Positions 18,548 through 29,861 of a stretch of DNA of 64,000 bases are shown here, in pieces. Source of the DNA: a virus (taxonomy: Duplodnaviria; Caudoviricetes); IMG/VR virus record IMGVR_UViG_3300031994_004484. One strand, written 5' to 3'. Each line of letters opens with the position of its first letter. The stretch's first letter is position 1. The position numbers and the translations under genes are program-made. The notes beneath the pieces were generated by a model, which saw nothing but the letters and a program-made list of their open reading frames with translations, made no database searches and was not told where the DNA came from.

Positions 18548-18573
18548 TAGATTATTATAGAGTACACTAACTT

Positions 18574-18599
18574 AAAGCCGTCTTCGGGCGGCTTTTTTT
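18574..18599 (+). terminator. Intrinsic terminator (CUUCGG-type loop)
   Basis: AAAGCCGTC-TTCG-GGCGGCTTTTTTT. Confidence 0.85.
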
Positions 18600-18691
18600 G
18601 TGCCTCGATATTTATAAAAAAGTCTGCACAAACAGTAAAACAATAAGGTTTTTGCAGGTTTGTTATATAATTTTGGAAAATTTAGAACAGG

Positions 18692-21600
18692 GTGTCAAAT
18701 TTTAATTCGCACGAGAGTTTTGATTTTAACGATACGACGCAAAGAACCGCAAGTGTCGAGAACCAACCCCACTACGGGGTTGAGAAGGTGACCCACCAAT
18801 CAGAGAGCGGAAGTGAAGTGACAATCACAGGCGGGGACAGCATAAACGGTATATTAAACAATGATTTGTCGAGGGCCACGGAAAACAATCCCGTTACATT
18901 TCCCGCAACACCAGCAAGCAGCAGTCCTTTAAGTGACTATTACGTTCATGGAAGGCAGATAAAATACAGAGTCACAACCAATGTATCTCCGGGTACAATT
19001 TTAGGCAGTGTTTCTGTAGATAATGAAACAAAAAACAATCAGAATACGGACATCGTTGAAGGAAGCACACACAGTGTTGTTGCAACACCAAATTCTCCGT
19101 GTACTTTCCAAAATTGGACCGGTGATTATGATGAATTTTCGGTTCCAACAGATACAGGTAACAGTAAGACAATACCGAATACATTGGACGATGATATGAC
19201 GGTAACGGCGAATTTCAACTGTGTTGTCAACGTCGAAGACCCAACAGGTGCTGTGATACAAAACCCGACGTCTTGTTCGTGGTCCAAAATTCAAAACATG
19301 TATGTGAATGAAAACGGAAATTGCTGTAATTTGGTTAAATATACTTTAGGGCCGCAGGAGATTTTATTGGCGCAGAACAATTGCAACAAATCATTCCTGA
19401 ATGTGTATTCGGCATATTACAAACCAATTCCTCAACCAAAATGTTATTCATATGTATATCATGCAAGAGGTTGGGCCGGTGATGTAGGTTCTTCACATCC
19501 TTCGGCTTGTTATGTTGCACCTCAATTTGGTTTGAACACCACAGACAGTCAGACTGGTTTGCCTGTCGGTAATTACGCCATGATGATACCAACAAGTAAC
19601 AGCGGTAGAAAACCCTGTGATCCGGTACAGGATGAAACCCTTTGCAATGACCCATGTTATATAGTGAATACAATACCGACGATAAGTTCAAATGTAGGTT
19701 ATAGCAAACCAATCGATGTTTATAGGTATTACACAAGATGCACCGAAAATAATGTAACATATTCTTGTCTTAGTGACAACAACCATCCCGAATGGGAAAA
19801 TGATGGAAGGCCTGATGTTGAAATCTTTTTGGGAACGGCAAGTTCAACAAACGTATTCTCATGGGGAAATTACGCCATTTCCGAAAATAGTACGAACAGC
19901 ATAGGTAAATGGATGGTTAGTAACTCTGCAATTGCCGATTTTCCGAGAAGTACGTGGCTTGTTATATGCCCGCAATCAGGTGGCTATCATTTTGACCCTT
20001 CACGCTTTGACATAAGTGATGTTGACACAATAACTTATCAAAGCCAAACTATAACAAACGTAAATGAGTTGCTTGACACAACTAAGAGCGGTTTATCGTC
20101 AAATCAGGCTGTTTGGTTCGAGCTTGAAGTTAAGGAAATACCAATAACTTCAGTTCCGGCGAATTCTGATTTCCTGCAAACATACTATGACAATTCGGAC
20201 GATATAGTATGGGGAGACCAAAATGACGGAACACTAATAACACAGATAAACGGAAACTATATAAGCAGGGATTGGCCAAACACAATACGTATTTGTCTTT
20301 CAAACGGAAATTCAACGTATTACAACAAAATAGTATATAGGGACATGTTGTTCCGCAAGAATTGTAATGGAGGGACAATAGGCCCAAATGGGATTGAAGA
20401 AATTCAAAACATGACATCAACAAACACATTTTTCTTCCAAGACGGAGAATGTGGAAGCTTCAATGGTTGGGCAAACGGCAATGGAACTATCATTGAGAGT
20501 GATAATATTCTTAATTTGTCAGTTCCGTCATCTTGCTGCAACACCTACCATCCTGAAGTGGAATCCTGTTCCGACAAGTATTATCCGTATGGCTTCAGGA
20601 TTGTAAACGGTGGTACTGTGAAATATTACAGATGTGCCATTCTTCCTTATTGTGACAACTCAACAGGAAACTTTTTAACACCACCGAACGGTAGCACTAT
20701 AATAACGAGTCTTGATATTAATACAATAATAACGGAAGGTTTAGTACAGAATGGTAATATTGTTGGTTTGGACAATGTGTTTTTTGCATTGACCCCAAAC
20801 AGAACACTATATTTCAACGGTTTGATGTTACTTAAATTTGACAACACCCAAAATTGGGAATACTATACAACAGACGGGGATTCAAGGGAACTTACCACAA
20901 CTTCAACCGCTTCAGGAATACCACTAAGCGAAACCGGAAAACTTACAAACGAAACAAACAATTCAACCCATTATTATCGTATTGCTTACATGGAGATAGA
21001 GGACACCATAGGACAAGATTCATACATATCGAATTACGCAGCAATAGATGATGCATTCCTTTCAGGGGAAATATTCCTGTATGCCGATGACAGTGATTAT
21101 GATGAGGAGATGTACAACGGTTTGAAGGTCAAATATGGGGTTGTGTACAAAAACAATTGTGGTATAAATAAAAGTGCCGTTTTGTTGTCATGTTTTGACG
21201 GTGTAGATGGTGATGAACTCACGTTGAAAATGTCTCTTGAAAGCAGATACATCGACTATGGTGTTACAAGAGATGTGGAAACCGATGCTACAAACACACT
21301 GTACAGATATGTTAAAAGGTATGAGCCTCTTGTTGATTCCCCTAACAATTACGATTATGGTGAAAAAAGCAATATGGTGAGTTGGTCTGATATTGGTGAC
21401 GGCAGGGTCAATGATTATACCATATTTGGTTTACGTTCGTTTGTAGAAAGAAACCCATTACCATTTGGGAGCCAATACATTTACAAATACAACCTTTTTG
21501 ATGGTTATGATTTTGGGTTCGAACAAGAGAAACGGGTTTTTGTTTCAGAAAAAATATGGGAAAAACAAACAACACAAGATCCGGATATTCCGTGGCAATA

Positions 21601-24600
21601 CGTTAAAGTGAACAACACCACATCGTGTACGGATGGTAATAATACTTACTATAATTACGACCAAAACGATGGTGACAATTCAAATGCACGTTCTTGTAAT
21701 ATGCAGGAAGGCCTGTTCCTTTTAGCCCACGATAATAATAGCGAATCAATTGTTTTACTTACAAACAGTAATCTCAGTTATTACACTAATCCTTCTTATT
21801 ATACTTTTCCCACAGATATTGACTATGTTTGTTCTAACGCTCCGACAACAAGTTATTGTGAGGGGCCACAATTAGCCGGGTATAATTATGTTCTTGAAGA
21901 CGGTGGAATAGGAACGAGGTTTGAGATAGACTCAACCCAAACTTATGAGCTTGGTCACTACTGTTATGGTACAGATAGTAATTCATTCACATACGGACGT
22001 TGGTGGCCGTTAAATTATGACGAAATCATAGACGAGTGTTCTTTTTATAATTTAGATACATACCATCTGATAAACAGCAATCAAACTTCATATACAGGAA
22101 CGAGAAAATATATTCTTATAAAAAATATAAATGGTCTTGATCAGGCCAGTTATTATGATTTTGTTAATAATCTTTGGGTTGATTATGACGCTTTCCCGTG
22201 CCTTATAGATTGTACTGCCATGGGGGTGAATGATGAATTGATTATTCTGAGAGAGATTGATGATTTAGGAGAATGTACCGCTGATGAGTCGTATTATGTA
22301 ATAATAAACGAAGGTTATACTGATATAAACAGAGAGAAACACGATACAATATGCCATGTGGCAAACTATTTTTATGCAAACAAAAAATATGTAACACAGT
22401 CTGGTTTTGAAGACATAATGAATGATAGTGACATTACACTTTGTTTAAGGGTGGCATATGTCACAAGCGAAACAAAGGGAATATTGGTTTACGTTGACGG
22501 ACAATATGTAAGCAATGTTTATGAGGGAGATGCCAACGGTGATGTTGCAGAAGCAACAATTTCGGGCGGCTATTTCAATAGCGGAACCATTGATAGTTAT
22601 TCATTTTTCAAGGGTTCTGACTGCATAACGAACGGAGGCACATACAATTCTCCATATACATTATTCACTGCCGATGAACTTATAGATGCATGGGAACGTG
22701 AAATAAGGTTTGTGAAAATCGGCGAAAATATACCGTATGATGTCAAACCCTTTAATTCCAATACACCACCATATGTAAAAAACAGTGTTTATCGTTTGAA
22801 TGTGGATAAGATTAGTGAAACATCTAGTAGTAGTTTTTATACCGAAGCCCATAATTTTTGGAATACTTCCACACACTCATATAATGCCAAGGAAAGTGGT
22901 TCTGAAATAGAACTTTCTTTTGAAAACGGTGATATCATGATTCCTGTAAGGTGGAATAATAGCAATATAGTCAGTATTAAAGAATATTACTGTTCAAAAG
23001 ATGGTTTTGACGGAAATGGTTTGTATATTGGCATACCCGAATTACAGAGTGGTACCACCTATTATAAACCGCAATGTTATACATTAAGTGGAGCTCAGGA
23101 AAGCGGTTCTTGGAAAGGTGTTTTCAGAAATCTGTCATGTGATTGCTGCTCAAATTTGGTACACACAGGGTATGGTTTCATGCCAATGGAAACATCAACT
23201 TCCGGAACCTATGACTATTGTGCATATAAAAGGGAAATATCATACAACCAAGAGTTAGGTATATACGAAATAACCAAGTACGGTTATTATGCAAACGATA
23301 TTTTCATTGAAGTCCCGGAAAATGGTATTAAATGGTTAAGGCTTAGTGACGACGGTGTACATGTTTCAATCGTAAACAACATAATTGACGGCATATCCGT
23401 GGAAAAGTTGAACACAGGCATGTATGAACTTACACCACCGTTGGAAAAGGTTGGAAATGTATTGCAAAAAGATTATTACGATTACATTCTTTTCAATGGA
23501 ACACCATCAAGTGCCTCATCTGATGTTTCCACAACATCGCAGTTGGAAACACACAGGGACACAAATCACACTTTGTTCATACATACAACTACAAATGTCC
23601 ACGCCCCAATAACAAATCTACCAAACCAACAGGGTGCCGCAAGAACATATCCTTCCGGGAAATATTGGGAACTCATATCCAACTATTATTACGAAACATC
23701 TGTTAATGGGAGCCAAAATCCGTATAGATTCCAATTTTTAGGGTGGTTGGTTGAGGACAAACCCGTATACAAATATTATTGCGACTCAAATTGCAATGGT
23801 ATAACGGGTCGTGTGAAATTTCCGATAAGAAATTCTTTCGAAGAAAATAGCGACAATTCATTGACGTATGAGTCAATATACTCAATATATCCTGATGTTT
23901 CATATCCGTTCAACTTAGTAAATACAAATGTTGAATCTTACAGGGTGGTGAGAAATGTTGTCGAGTTGGACGAGTGTTTGAAATCGGCAGTTTTATTCAA
24001 GGTGGATAGTTATGATGCCAATGATATTACCGGTATGGATGGGAATACATACTATAATGGATATTTTTATGAGCCAAATCCAAGTTTATTGACAACAGCA
24101 ATAAAAAACATGTATCCGTACATAGAGACAGATGATATTGTAATGGATTACATGGGAAAACAGTATAACGCCAATTCAACTTATTCAAACACAGGTGTGC
24201 GTTCCATAATATTCACGCAGGATGATGTGAAAAGGGTTTTCAATAGAGACGTTGAATATGCAATGATAGCCGACTATGTCTTGTATGATGAGTATCCATC
24301 AGAATCTATTGATGTTTATACAATAGACGACCTAAAAAATGCCATTTCAAATAAAGCGGAATACATAAATGTCCAGGCAAACATTATTTACCGCTATATG
24401 AAGTACGAAAGCGGGCATTATTATCAATACAATAAAATAACTATTAATGGTACTCAATATAACGGAGGAGACGTATTCAAACGCGAGATTGGCTACAGGT
24501 TTTTCCCGAGGGACGAAAAGGTGCGTGTAATGGGATGCCAAACTGCCACCGCCATATATGCACATAATTTCTTTCTCACTTTTTGCTCAAGCGCATATGG

Positions 24601-26158
24601 TTTCGGTTGCGGAGTGACAACTGACGGAATGTCAGGAATGCAGTTCTCATATGATGACTCATTATTATACGGATTGGCTTCAGGTTTAAACGATCCGGAG
24701 GTCTTCTATATAGACCACAGGCATTTCACAGGCTCACACAGATTATCATATACCTTGATTGATACAATCGAAAACGAAAATGGTGATATAATAGAAGCCG
24801 GAGATAGTTTCAATTCAAATTGCCAAAATATGAATGGGTATAATGTCGGGAAGTGTAGTAGAGAAACATTCACGGGTGAACATGTCGAGATGGATATAGA
24901 TAAGATAAACGATATAAAAACCTTTGTTGACGGCATTCTTCCCTATTGCAACCAAAGTCTGACAATGAGCGGATCGTGTGAGAGTTTAATAGTCACAAAC
25001 AATCAGGAAAGTTTGTTTGGGTTAGAGGAATATGACTATAGTGACCCACAAACCGGTAATGAAAACTATCCTGATTTTTATTATCTTAAGTATATTGGCG
25101 TTAACTATCCTCTTACATGGTATGAATGGAACGGAAGCCAATACAATATGGTTGATACAGAAAACGACCCGGATTGGGTGGAACCGTCAGATGCCGCCGC
25201 AGTATATACCATACCTGTCAGATGGGAGAATGGTTCATACCCATTGAAACGTTTGATATCTGTTGGGGTATATAAAGTTGTTGTAGAAAAGTATTATGAC
25301 GACCCCGGAGACATTGCTCCGTATAATATAAACCAATACACTTCATTATTCGGATATAGTTGGTATGAGGACAACCCAATAGCCGCATTTGCTCCGTATA
25401 TAAGGACAAGTGATGTTGCGGACACAGAAAACTTACAACGCATTTTCTTAAGGGATTCGGCGTTGCCGTTCGTTTTTGAAGCCAACACTTGTTACAGCAT
25501 ACAGTATACAAAAATAAATGATATTTCGGAACGTCTCGAAAACACGGAAAATTCGCTACAATTATTCCTTGTAGTCTATGACAGAGATATGGTCCCCGCA
25601 AGATTCGGCTCAAACGTTTATGTGTGGATGGGTACCCAAACTCCGCCAACCGTTACACCACCATATAGTATAAGCAATGTATCAAATGAAACAGAATATG
25701 TTGACGCTGTAATGAGCGGTGTTGATATAATACATGTTCAAACTGATTTTGAAATGGGTGGCCATGAATATCTCACAGGAGCATATTACGGTAGTTCTGT
25801 AAAGTTCAGTCCGTGCAATTTCGCTATATTCGGATATTGTACAAACCCGATATTGAGATATATAACAGGAGACGAGATAACATTGGAAGCTCCAATTGTC
25901 ACAATCATAGACAACAGCGTTTCGGTCGGAGATTCCTATTACGTTACAATGACCCACAGCAATTCACCGGATCCTTCTATACAAATACTCTATTCCATCA
26001 CAGTACAAGGTGTTTCCGATGCGAATCCATCAACAATTTACACAGGTCCTCTTACAATATCAAAAAGCGTTTTGGACGGTCATCAAATAAATGCAAGATG
26101 CCACGGAGGATACGGTTACAACAATTCCACTATTACAGTGGAAACACCGCCGGTTTAA
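18692..26158 (+). CDS. Giant Cys/Asn/Tyr-rich protein (2488 aa), probable tail fibre/appendage
   Basis: Uninterrupted ORF with GTG start; N-terminal beta-sandwich repeat; C-terminal Fn3-associated-like motif (ILYSI...P...YTGPLTIS...INAR). Confidence 0.7.
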   Translation: MSNFNSHESFDFNDTTQRTASVENQPHYGVEKVTHQSESGSEVTITGGDSINGILNNDLSRATENNPVTFPATPASSSPLSDYYVHGRQIKYRVTTNVSPGTILGSVSVDNETKNNQNTDIVEGSTHSVVATPNSPCTFQNWTGDYDEFSVPTDTGNSKTIPNTLDDDMTVTANFNCVVNVEDPTGAVIQNPTSCSWSKIQNMYVNENGNCCNLVKYTLGPQEILLAQNNCNKSFLNVYSAYYKPIPQPKCYSYVYHARGWAGDVGSSHPSACYVAPQFGLNTTDSQTGLPVGNYAMMIPTSNSGRKPCDPVQDETLCNDPCYIVNTIPTISSNVGYSKPIDVYRYYTRCTENNVTYSCLSDNNHPEWENDGRPDVEIFLGTASSTNVFSWGNYAISENSTNSIGKWMVSNSAIADFPRSTWLVICPQSGGYHFDPSRFDISDVDTITYQSQTITNVNELLDTTKSGLSSNQAVWFELEVKEIPITSVPANSDFLQTYYDNSDDIVWGDQNDGTLITQINGNYISRDWPNTIRICLSNGNSTYYNKIVYRDMLFRKNCNGGTIGPNGIEEIQNMTSTNTFFFQDGECGSFNGWANGNGTIIESDNILNLSVPSSCCNTYHPEVESCSDKYYPYGFRIVNGGTVKYYRCAILPYCDNSTGNFLTPPNGSTIITSLDINTIITEGLVQNGNIVGLDNVFFALTPNRTLYFNGLMLLKFDNTQNWEYYTTDGDSRELTTTSTASGIPLSETGKLTNETNNSTHYYRIAYMEIEDTIGQDSYISNYAAIDDAFLSGEIFLYADDSDYDEEMYNGLKVKYGVVYKNNCGINKSAVLLSCFDGVDGDELTLKMSLESRYIDYGVTRDVETDATNTLYRYVKRYEPLVDSPNNYDYGEKSNMVSWSDIGDGRVNDYTIFGLRSFVERNPLPFGSQYIYKYNLFDGYDFGFEQEKRVFVSEKIWEKQTTQDPDIPWQYVKVNNTTSCTDGNNTYYNYDQNDGDNSNARSCNMQEGLFLLAHDNNSESIVLLTNSNLSYYTNPSYYTFPTDIDYVCSNAPTTSYCEGPQLAGYNYVLEDGGIGTRFEIDSTQTYELGHYCYGTDSNSFTYGRWWPLNYDEIIDECSFYNLDTYHLINSNQTSYTGTRKYILIKNINGLDQASYYDFVNNLWVDYDAFPCLIDCTAMGVNDELIILREIDDLGECTADESYYVIINEGYTDINREKHDTICHVANYFYANKKYVTQSGFEDIMNDSDITLCLRVAYVTSETKGILVYVDGQYVSNVYEGDANGDVAEATISGGYFNSGTIDSYSFFKGSDCITNGGTYNSPYTLFTADELIDAWEREIRFVKIGENIPYDVKPFNSNTPPYVKNSVYRLNVDKISETSSSSFYTEAHNFWNTSTHSYNAKESGSEIELSFENGDIMIPVRWNNSNIVSIKEYYCSKDGFDGNGLYIGIPELQSGTTYYKPQCYTLSGAQESGSWKGVFRNLSCDCCSNLVHTGYGFMPMETSTSGTYDYCAYKREISYNQELGIYEITKYGYYANDIFIEVPENGIKWLRLSDDGVHVSIVNNIIDGISVEKLNTGMYELTPPLEKVGNVLQKDYYDYILFNGTPSSASSDVSTTSQLETHRDTNHTLFIHTTTNVHAPITNLPNQQGAARTYPSGKYWELISNYYYETSVNGSQNPYRFQFLGWLVEDKPVYKYYCDSNCNGITGRVKFPIRNSFEENSDNSLTYESIYSIYPDVSYPFNLVNTNVESYRVVRNVVELDECLKSAVLFKVDSYDANDITGMDGNTYYNGYFYEPNPSLLTTAIKNMYPYIETDDIVMDYMGKQYNANSTYSNTGVRSIIFTQDDVKRVFNRDVEYAMIADYVLYDEYPSESIDVYTIDDLKNAISNKAEYINVQANIIYRYMKYESGHYYQYNKITINGTQYNGGDVFKREIGYRFFPRDEKVRVMGCQTATAIYAHNFFLTFCSSAYGFGCGVTTDGMSGMQFSYDDSLLYGLASGLNDPEVFYIDHRHFTGSHRLSYTLIDTIENENGDIIEAGDSFNSNCQNMNGYNVGKCSRETFTGEHVEMDIDKINDIKTFVDGILPYCNQSLTMSGSCESLIVTNNQESLFGLEEYDYSDPQTGNENYPDFYYLKYIGVNYPLTWYEWNGSQYNMVDTENDPDWVEPSDAAAVYTIPVRWENGSYPLKRLISVGVYKVVVEKYYDDPGDIAPYNINQYTSLFGYSWYEDNPIAAFAPYIRTSDVADTENLQRIFLRDSALPFVFEANTCYSIQYTKINDISERLENTENSLQLFLVVYDRDMVPARFGSNVYVWMGTQTPPTVTPPYSISNVSNETEYVDAVMSGVDIIHVQTDFEMGGHEYLTGAYYGSSVKFSPCNFAIFGYCTNPILRYITGDEITLEAPIVTIIDNSVSVGDSYYVTMTHSNSPDPSIQILYSITVQGVSDANPSTIYTGPLTISKSVLDGHQINARCHGGYGYNNSTITVETPPV

Positions 26159-26204
26159 AAAAAGTAGTGCATTTTGTAGTATATTTGTATAAACTACAAA
26201 AGAA

Positions 26205-27113
26205 TTGTACAAAACAAAGACAACTCAGGAATACTCAGAAACCATAAGGTCCACAAACTCATGCAAAAGGTTTATGGACCTTTGGCGTAACGAGTTTGCG
26301 CCGGCTAGATATATAGGCCATGTCAACAACCTGTATGACAAATACAAAATGACGGATTACTATCTTTCAGGAAAGACGCCCGACGAATGCGTGTTTCATT
26401 TCATAGAATCATACCTTAACGACTCGAATCTGAGTTTTTCATACCACAATGCGAAAATATCACAAAAAGGCTATTGTTCTGATATCGGAAGAAGCTCGGA
26501 ACAACTAACTGATATTGCGGAAAACCTTAAAAGAAGATGCTCCGAGATAGGAATATTGGGGGAAAACAAATATTATTCGGACATATCAAAACTTGAGGAT
26601 GTAATAATAGGCCATGCCTGTTATGAAACCGTGTTGGGTGCGTTGTCAGAACTAAGGGTCAGAAAATATCTCGAATATAAAGGCATCAACACACAAACAC
26701 TTTTGAATATTGACGAAGAATCCTATTTGGATTCGTTTGGTACGGATATTTTCATGTCGGACGGCAACAATAAGATTTATGGATTCATACAAGTCAAGCC
26801 GATATCTTTTCTTTTCGGGACAGGTTCCGATTTAGTGAAGGACAGGGCGAAATGCTACAGCAACGAGGAAGAACTCAACAATTTCATCCATACACATCCA
26901 CAATATTTCAGAGACGGAAACGAAGGAGGAGTTGACACTTCGATAAGGTACATATTCTATGATAAGTCAAGAAACTATGGGTTTGTGAAATTTCCTATAG
27001 ATGGGAAACAGCAGAAGTTTATACACGTATATGATTTCACCACAAAGGACGGAAAGCCGCTAATAAAAAGTTCTGAACTTGCAAAATACAAGACAGACAA
27101 CCTTATTCGTTAA
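26205..27113 (+). CDS. Putative PD-(D/E)XK-fold (restriction-like) endonuclease
   Basis: E...LD.FGTDIF.........IQVKP pattern; TTG start after GTAGTATATTTG. Confidence 0.5.
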   Translation: MYKTKTTQEYSETIRSTNSCKRFMDLWRNEFAPARYIGHVNNLYDKYKMTDYYLSGKTPDECVFHFIESYLNDSNLSFSYHNAKISQKGYCSDIGRSSEQLTDIAENLKRRCSEIGILGENKYYSDISKLEDVIIGHACYETVLGALSELRVRKYLEYKGINTQTLLNIDEESYLDSFGTDIFMSDGNNKIYGFIQVKPISFLFGTGSDLVKDRAKCYSNEEELNNFIHTHPQYFRDGNEGGVDTSIRYIFYDKSRNYGFVKFPIDGKQQKFIHVYDFTTKDGKPLIKSSELAKYKTDNLIR

Positions 27114-27174
27114 CAATTTTTAAGAAAAAGGCAAACATAACGGAACAAGTTTTCTTATATATTTGTCATGTTAA
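27110..27174 (+). promoter_or_regulatory. 65-bp promoter cassette copy
   Basis: TTAAC-AATTT-TTAAG, TATATTTG at +48, GTTAA at +60. Confidence 0.75.
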
Positions 27175-27188
27175 AAGAATAAAAAGAA

Positions 27189-27731
27189 ATGGCGAATATA
27201 AACAGGAAAGCTACAACAAGGAGATATATAACGGAAATCAAGAAATTCCTGATAGATTGTGGTGCGGAATATCTTAACAAGTCTGAAGAAAGTGATTCGG
27301 AATATGTCAAGTTCGAAGATATCATTATACGTATTTCTGACCATATAGGTGTACGCAACGACATACCATCAGTCGTTTTTCCAAACAACGAGCCATCAAA
27401 ACCTGTTTTTGTTATGAGTTCGAACATTCTTTCATATTCCTCCATAAAGGAACTTAAAAATTTACTAAAAAGCTACTTGGACTTGATTTCTCTAAATGAG
27501 AGTATAGTCAAAAATATCACATATAAGAAAAACGCCAAGATTAAAATCCTAACAAACAAAATAAACGAAAAAAAAGAAGAGCTTGATGAACTAACAAGCA
27601 ATATAAACAGCATTTCAAAGGCAGTAATGGGGAAGAAAGGCTACGTGGACATGTCTGAGTTGACAACAAAGCAGAAACACTCAATAATCAAAATAATCGA
27701 AGACTATAAGAAACAGAATACGAAAAAATAG
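27189..27731 (+). CDS. Hypothetical protein (IRISDH motif, C-terminal coiled coil)
   Basis: 180-aa ORF. Confidence 0.7.
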   Translation: MANINRKATTRRYITEIKKFLIDCGAEYLNKSEESDSEYVKFEDIIIRISDHIGVRNDIPSVVFPNNEPSKPVFVMSSNILSYSSIKELKNLLKSYLDLISLNESIVKNITYKKNAKIKILTNKINEKKEELDELTSNINSISKAVMGKKGYVDMSELTTKQKHSIIKIIEDYKKQNTKK

Positions 27732-27756
27732 TATATTTGTAAAAAACAAAAATAGT

Positions 27757-28719
27757 ATGAAAAAAATTGATCTTTTAAAAATTTTCAGAAACGCACCGGA
27801 AGGAATTGAGGTGTATTCCATTATTTTCGGAAAATGTAATTACATTGGCATTATGGATGAGCAATTGAACTTTACCCCATCAAGCGGATGCATGAATTTC
27901 CTTGTTGATTCACAAGGAAGATATAGCAAGCTTGGCGAGGAATGTACCGTATTCCCGGCAAAATTTCACAGGAATTGGGAAAATTGGCAATCGTTTCTTA
28001 TGGAAAACATTGAAAACCATGCGATTGTGGACGCTTTTGGAGTATGGATGAAAGGTAAAAATGCAAATTACGCGGTTATCAATAAAGGTATTGTTGTAGA
28101 AGACAGGAAAAGTTGGAATTATTCAGGATGCAGATTTGCAACACCCGACGAGGAAAAAGAGTTTTTCAAAAACCTTAAAGGCATCGGATATGAGTGGGAT
28201 TTTGCCATGTCCGAACCATTAAAACTGAATGAATGTTTTGCAATATACGTTACGCCAAGGTTTGATTTGGAGAATATGGTGTCAATAAGAGGGGAAATAA
28301 GGGACATAAAGAAAGGCGAAGCATTAAAGTTAACAAATAAAGAAGCACTACTTTTCCCCAATGTCGAAGTTGAAGATATTTACGGGGAACGATATAATGT
28401 ACCGAAAGGCTTTCTAAAGAATTGGAGCATAGAAGACGCTAAAAACGGAGATGTGATTGTAGACGACGACTTCAATATGATATTTATTTTTAATAAAATT
28501 GATGGTACGTCTTTAATTTCTAATGCAACATACAATAATGATGGATTATCATCATCGGCAATAAACGAAGGATCGCGGACAAGCGTTTATACAAATTCTT
28601 ACAATGATTGTCATTTTCTTAGACCGGCAACATTTAAAGAAAAAGCAACTCTTTCATCAAACATGCTACATAAAGGTTATATGTGGTCACCGGAATACAA
28701 TAAAGTTGTAGAGTTATGA
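27757..28719 (+). CDS. Hypothetical modular protein, paralogue of 52114..53610 (family D)
   Basis: WSIEDAKNGDV, RPAT..E and GYEWD motifs. Confidence 0.75.
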   Translation: MKKIDLLKIFRNAPEGIEVYSIIFGKCNYIGIMDEQLNFTPSSGCMNFLVDSQGRYSKLGEECTVFPAKFHRNWENWQSFLMENIENHAIVDAFGVWMKGKNANYAVINKGIVVEDRKSWNYSGCRFATPDEEKEFFKNLKGIGYEWDFAMSEPLKLNECFAIYVTPRFDLENMVSIRGEIRDIKKGEALKLTNKEALLFPNVEVEDIYGERYNVPKGFLKNWSIEDAKNGDVIVDDDFNMIFIFNKIDGTSLISNATYNNDGLSSSAINEGSRTSVYTNSYNDCHFLRPATFKEKATLSSNMLHKGYMWSPEYNKVVEL

Positions 28720-29483
28720 GATATTGCGGAAGTAAAGCAAGATTGGTCAAGGATATTGTCCCGTTCATAACGAGTGCCATAAAAGACGAGGAAACATGTT
28801 TTGTTGATATGTGTTGCGGAGGATGTTCAATAGTTTCAGAAGTTCCGCACCGGAATAAGATTGCGGTTGACTCTAATGAATGCCTCATATCCTTATGGCG
28901 TAAGTTAAAGGATAATGTCATGAACGGATTCCCGTGTGACGGAATACCATACGACATAACAGAGGAACAGTATGATTCAATCAAAAAATCTTATCTGAAC
29001 AGGGATGGAAGATGGCCTGATTACATCATAGGATATGTTGGTAACGCATTGAGTTACGGTTCGTCATGGTTCAACGGTTTCGCAAAGCCTAATTACAACA
29101 AAAGGAATTCCCGAGGCGAACCCGAGAATCATTGTCATGAGGCATACAACGGACTTATGAAACAGCTTAGGAACTTCAAGAACATTGATACAACAGAGTT
29201 CATATGTGCGTCTTTTGAAAAAATACACCCGTCTGAAAACAGTGTAGTATATGCTGACCCTCCGTATTTCAGCACAAAGGAATACAAGGATTCGTTCCCG
29301 CATGAAAGATTCTATCAATGGTGCAGGGATTTGGCAAAGAACGGAACAAAGGTTTTTATATCTGAATACCAAATGCCTGATGATTTCAAGTGCATATGGG
29401 AGAAGGATGTTCCTGATGGTATGGGAACTACATATAAGGGTGACAAACAGAAACGGAAAATTGAAAAACTATTTACATTATAG
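28716..29483 (+). CDS. DNA adenine methyltransferase (Dam/D12 class)
   Basis: Y.GSK, FVDMCCGG, YADPPY. Confidence 0.9.
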   Translation: MRYCGSKARLVKDIVPFITSAIKDEETCFVDMCCGGCSIVSEVPHRNKIAVDSNECLISLWRKLKDNVMNGFPCDGIPYDITEEQYDSIKKSYLNRDGRWPDYIIGYVGNALSYGSSWFNGFAKPNYNKRNSRGEPENHCHEAYNGLMKQLRNFKNIDTTEFICASFEKIHPSENSVVYADPPYFSTKEYKDSFPHERFYQWCRDLAKNGTKVFISEYQMPDDFKCIWEKDVPDGMGTTYKGDKQKRKIEKLFTL

Positions 29484-29861
29484 ATGGCAAAAGCTGAAAG
29501 AGTCTGCAAGACGGAAAGCATGATGTTGGGTGAGAACGTATTTGATGTCTCAAGACCAAATATATTGTCGAATCCGTTTACCCATATCAAGGACAAGAAA
29601 ACACTCGCCAAGCGTGTGGTGAAGGACAAGGAAACCGCCATAAAATATTATGCGGAATACTTTGACAAAATGGTTAAGAAGAAAGGTGATTTCAAGGATG
29701 AATTCGATAGGATGTATGAAGCTTTTACAAAGTTTGATACTATATATCTGATGTGCTATTGCAAAACGGACGAACCTTGTCATTCAGACGTTATAATAGA
29801 CAGACTTAACAAAAGACTTGTCAAAGAGAAGGTGATGGAGATTATAGGAGAAGAAGATTAA
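29484..29861 (+). CDS. DUF4326-like protein
   Basis: RP..LSNPF and L.CYC....CHSDVI. Confidence 0.75.
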   Translation: MAKAERVCKTESMMLGENVFDVSRPNILSNPFTHIKDKKTLAKRVVKDKETAIKYYAEYFDKMVKKKGDFKDEFDRMYEAFTKFDTIYLMCYCKTDEPCHSDVIIDRLNKRLVKEKVMEIIGEED

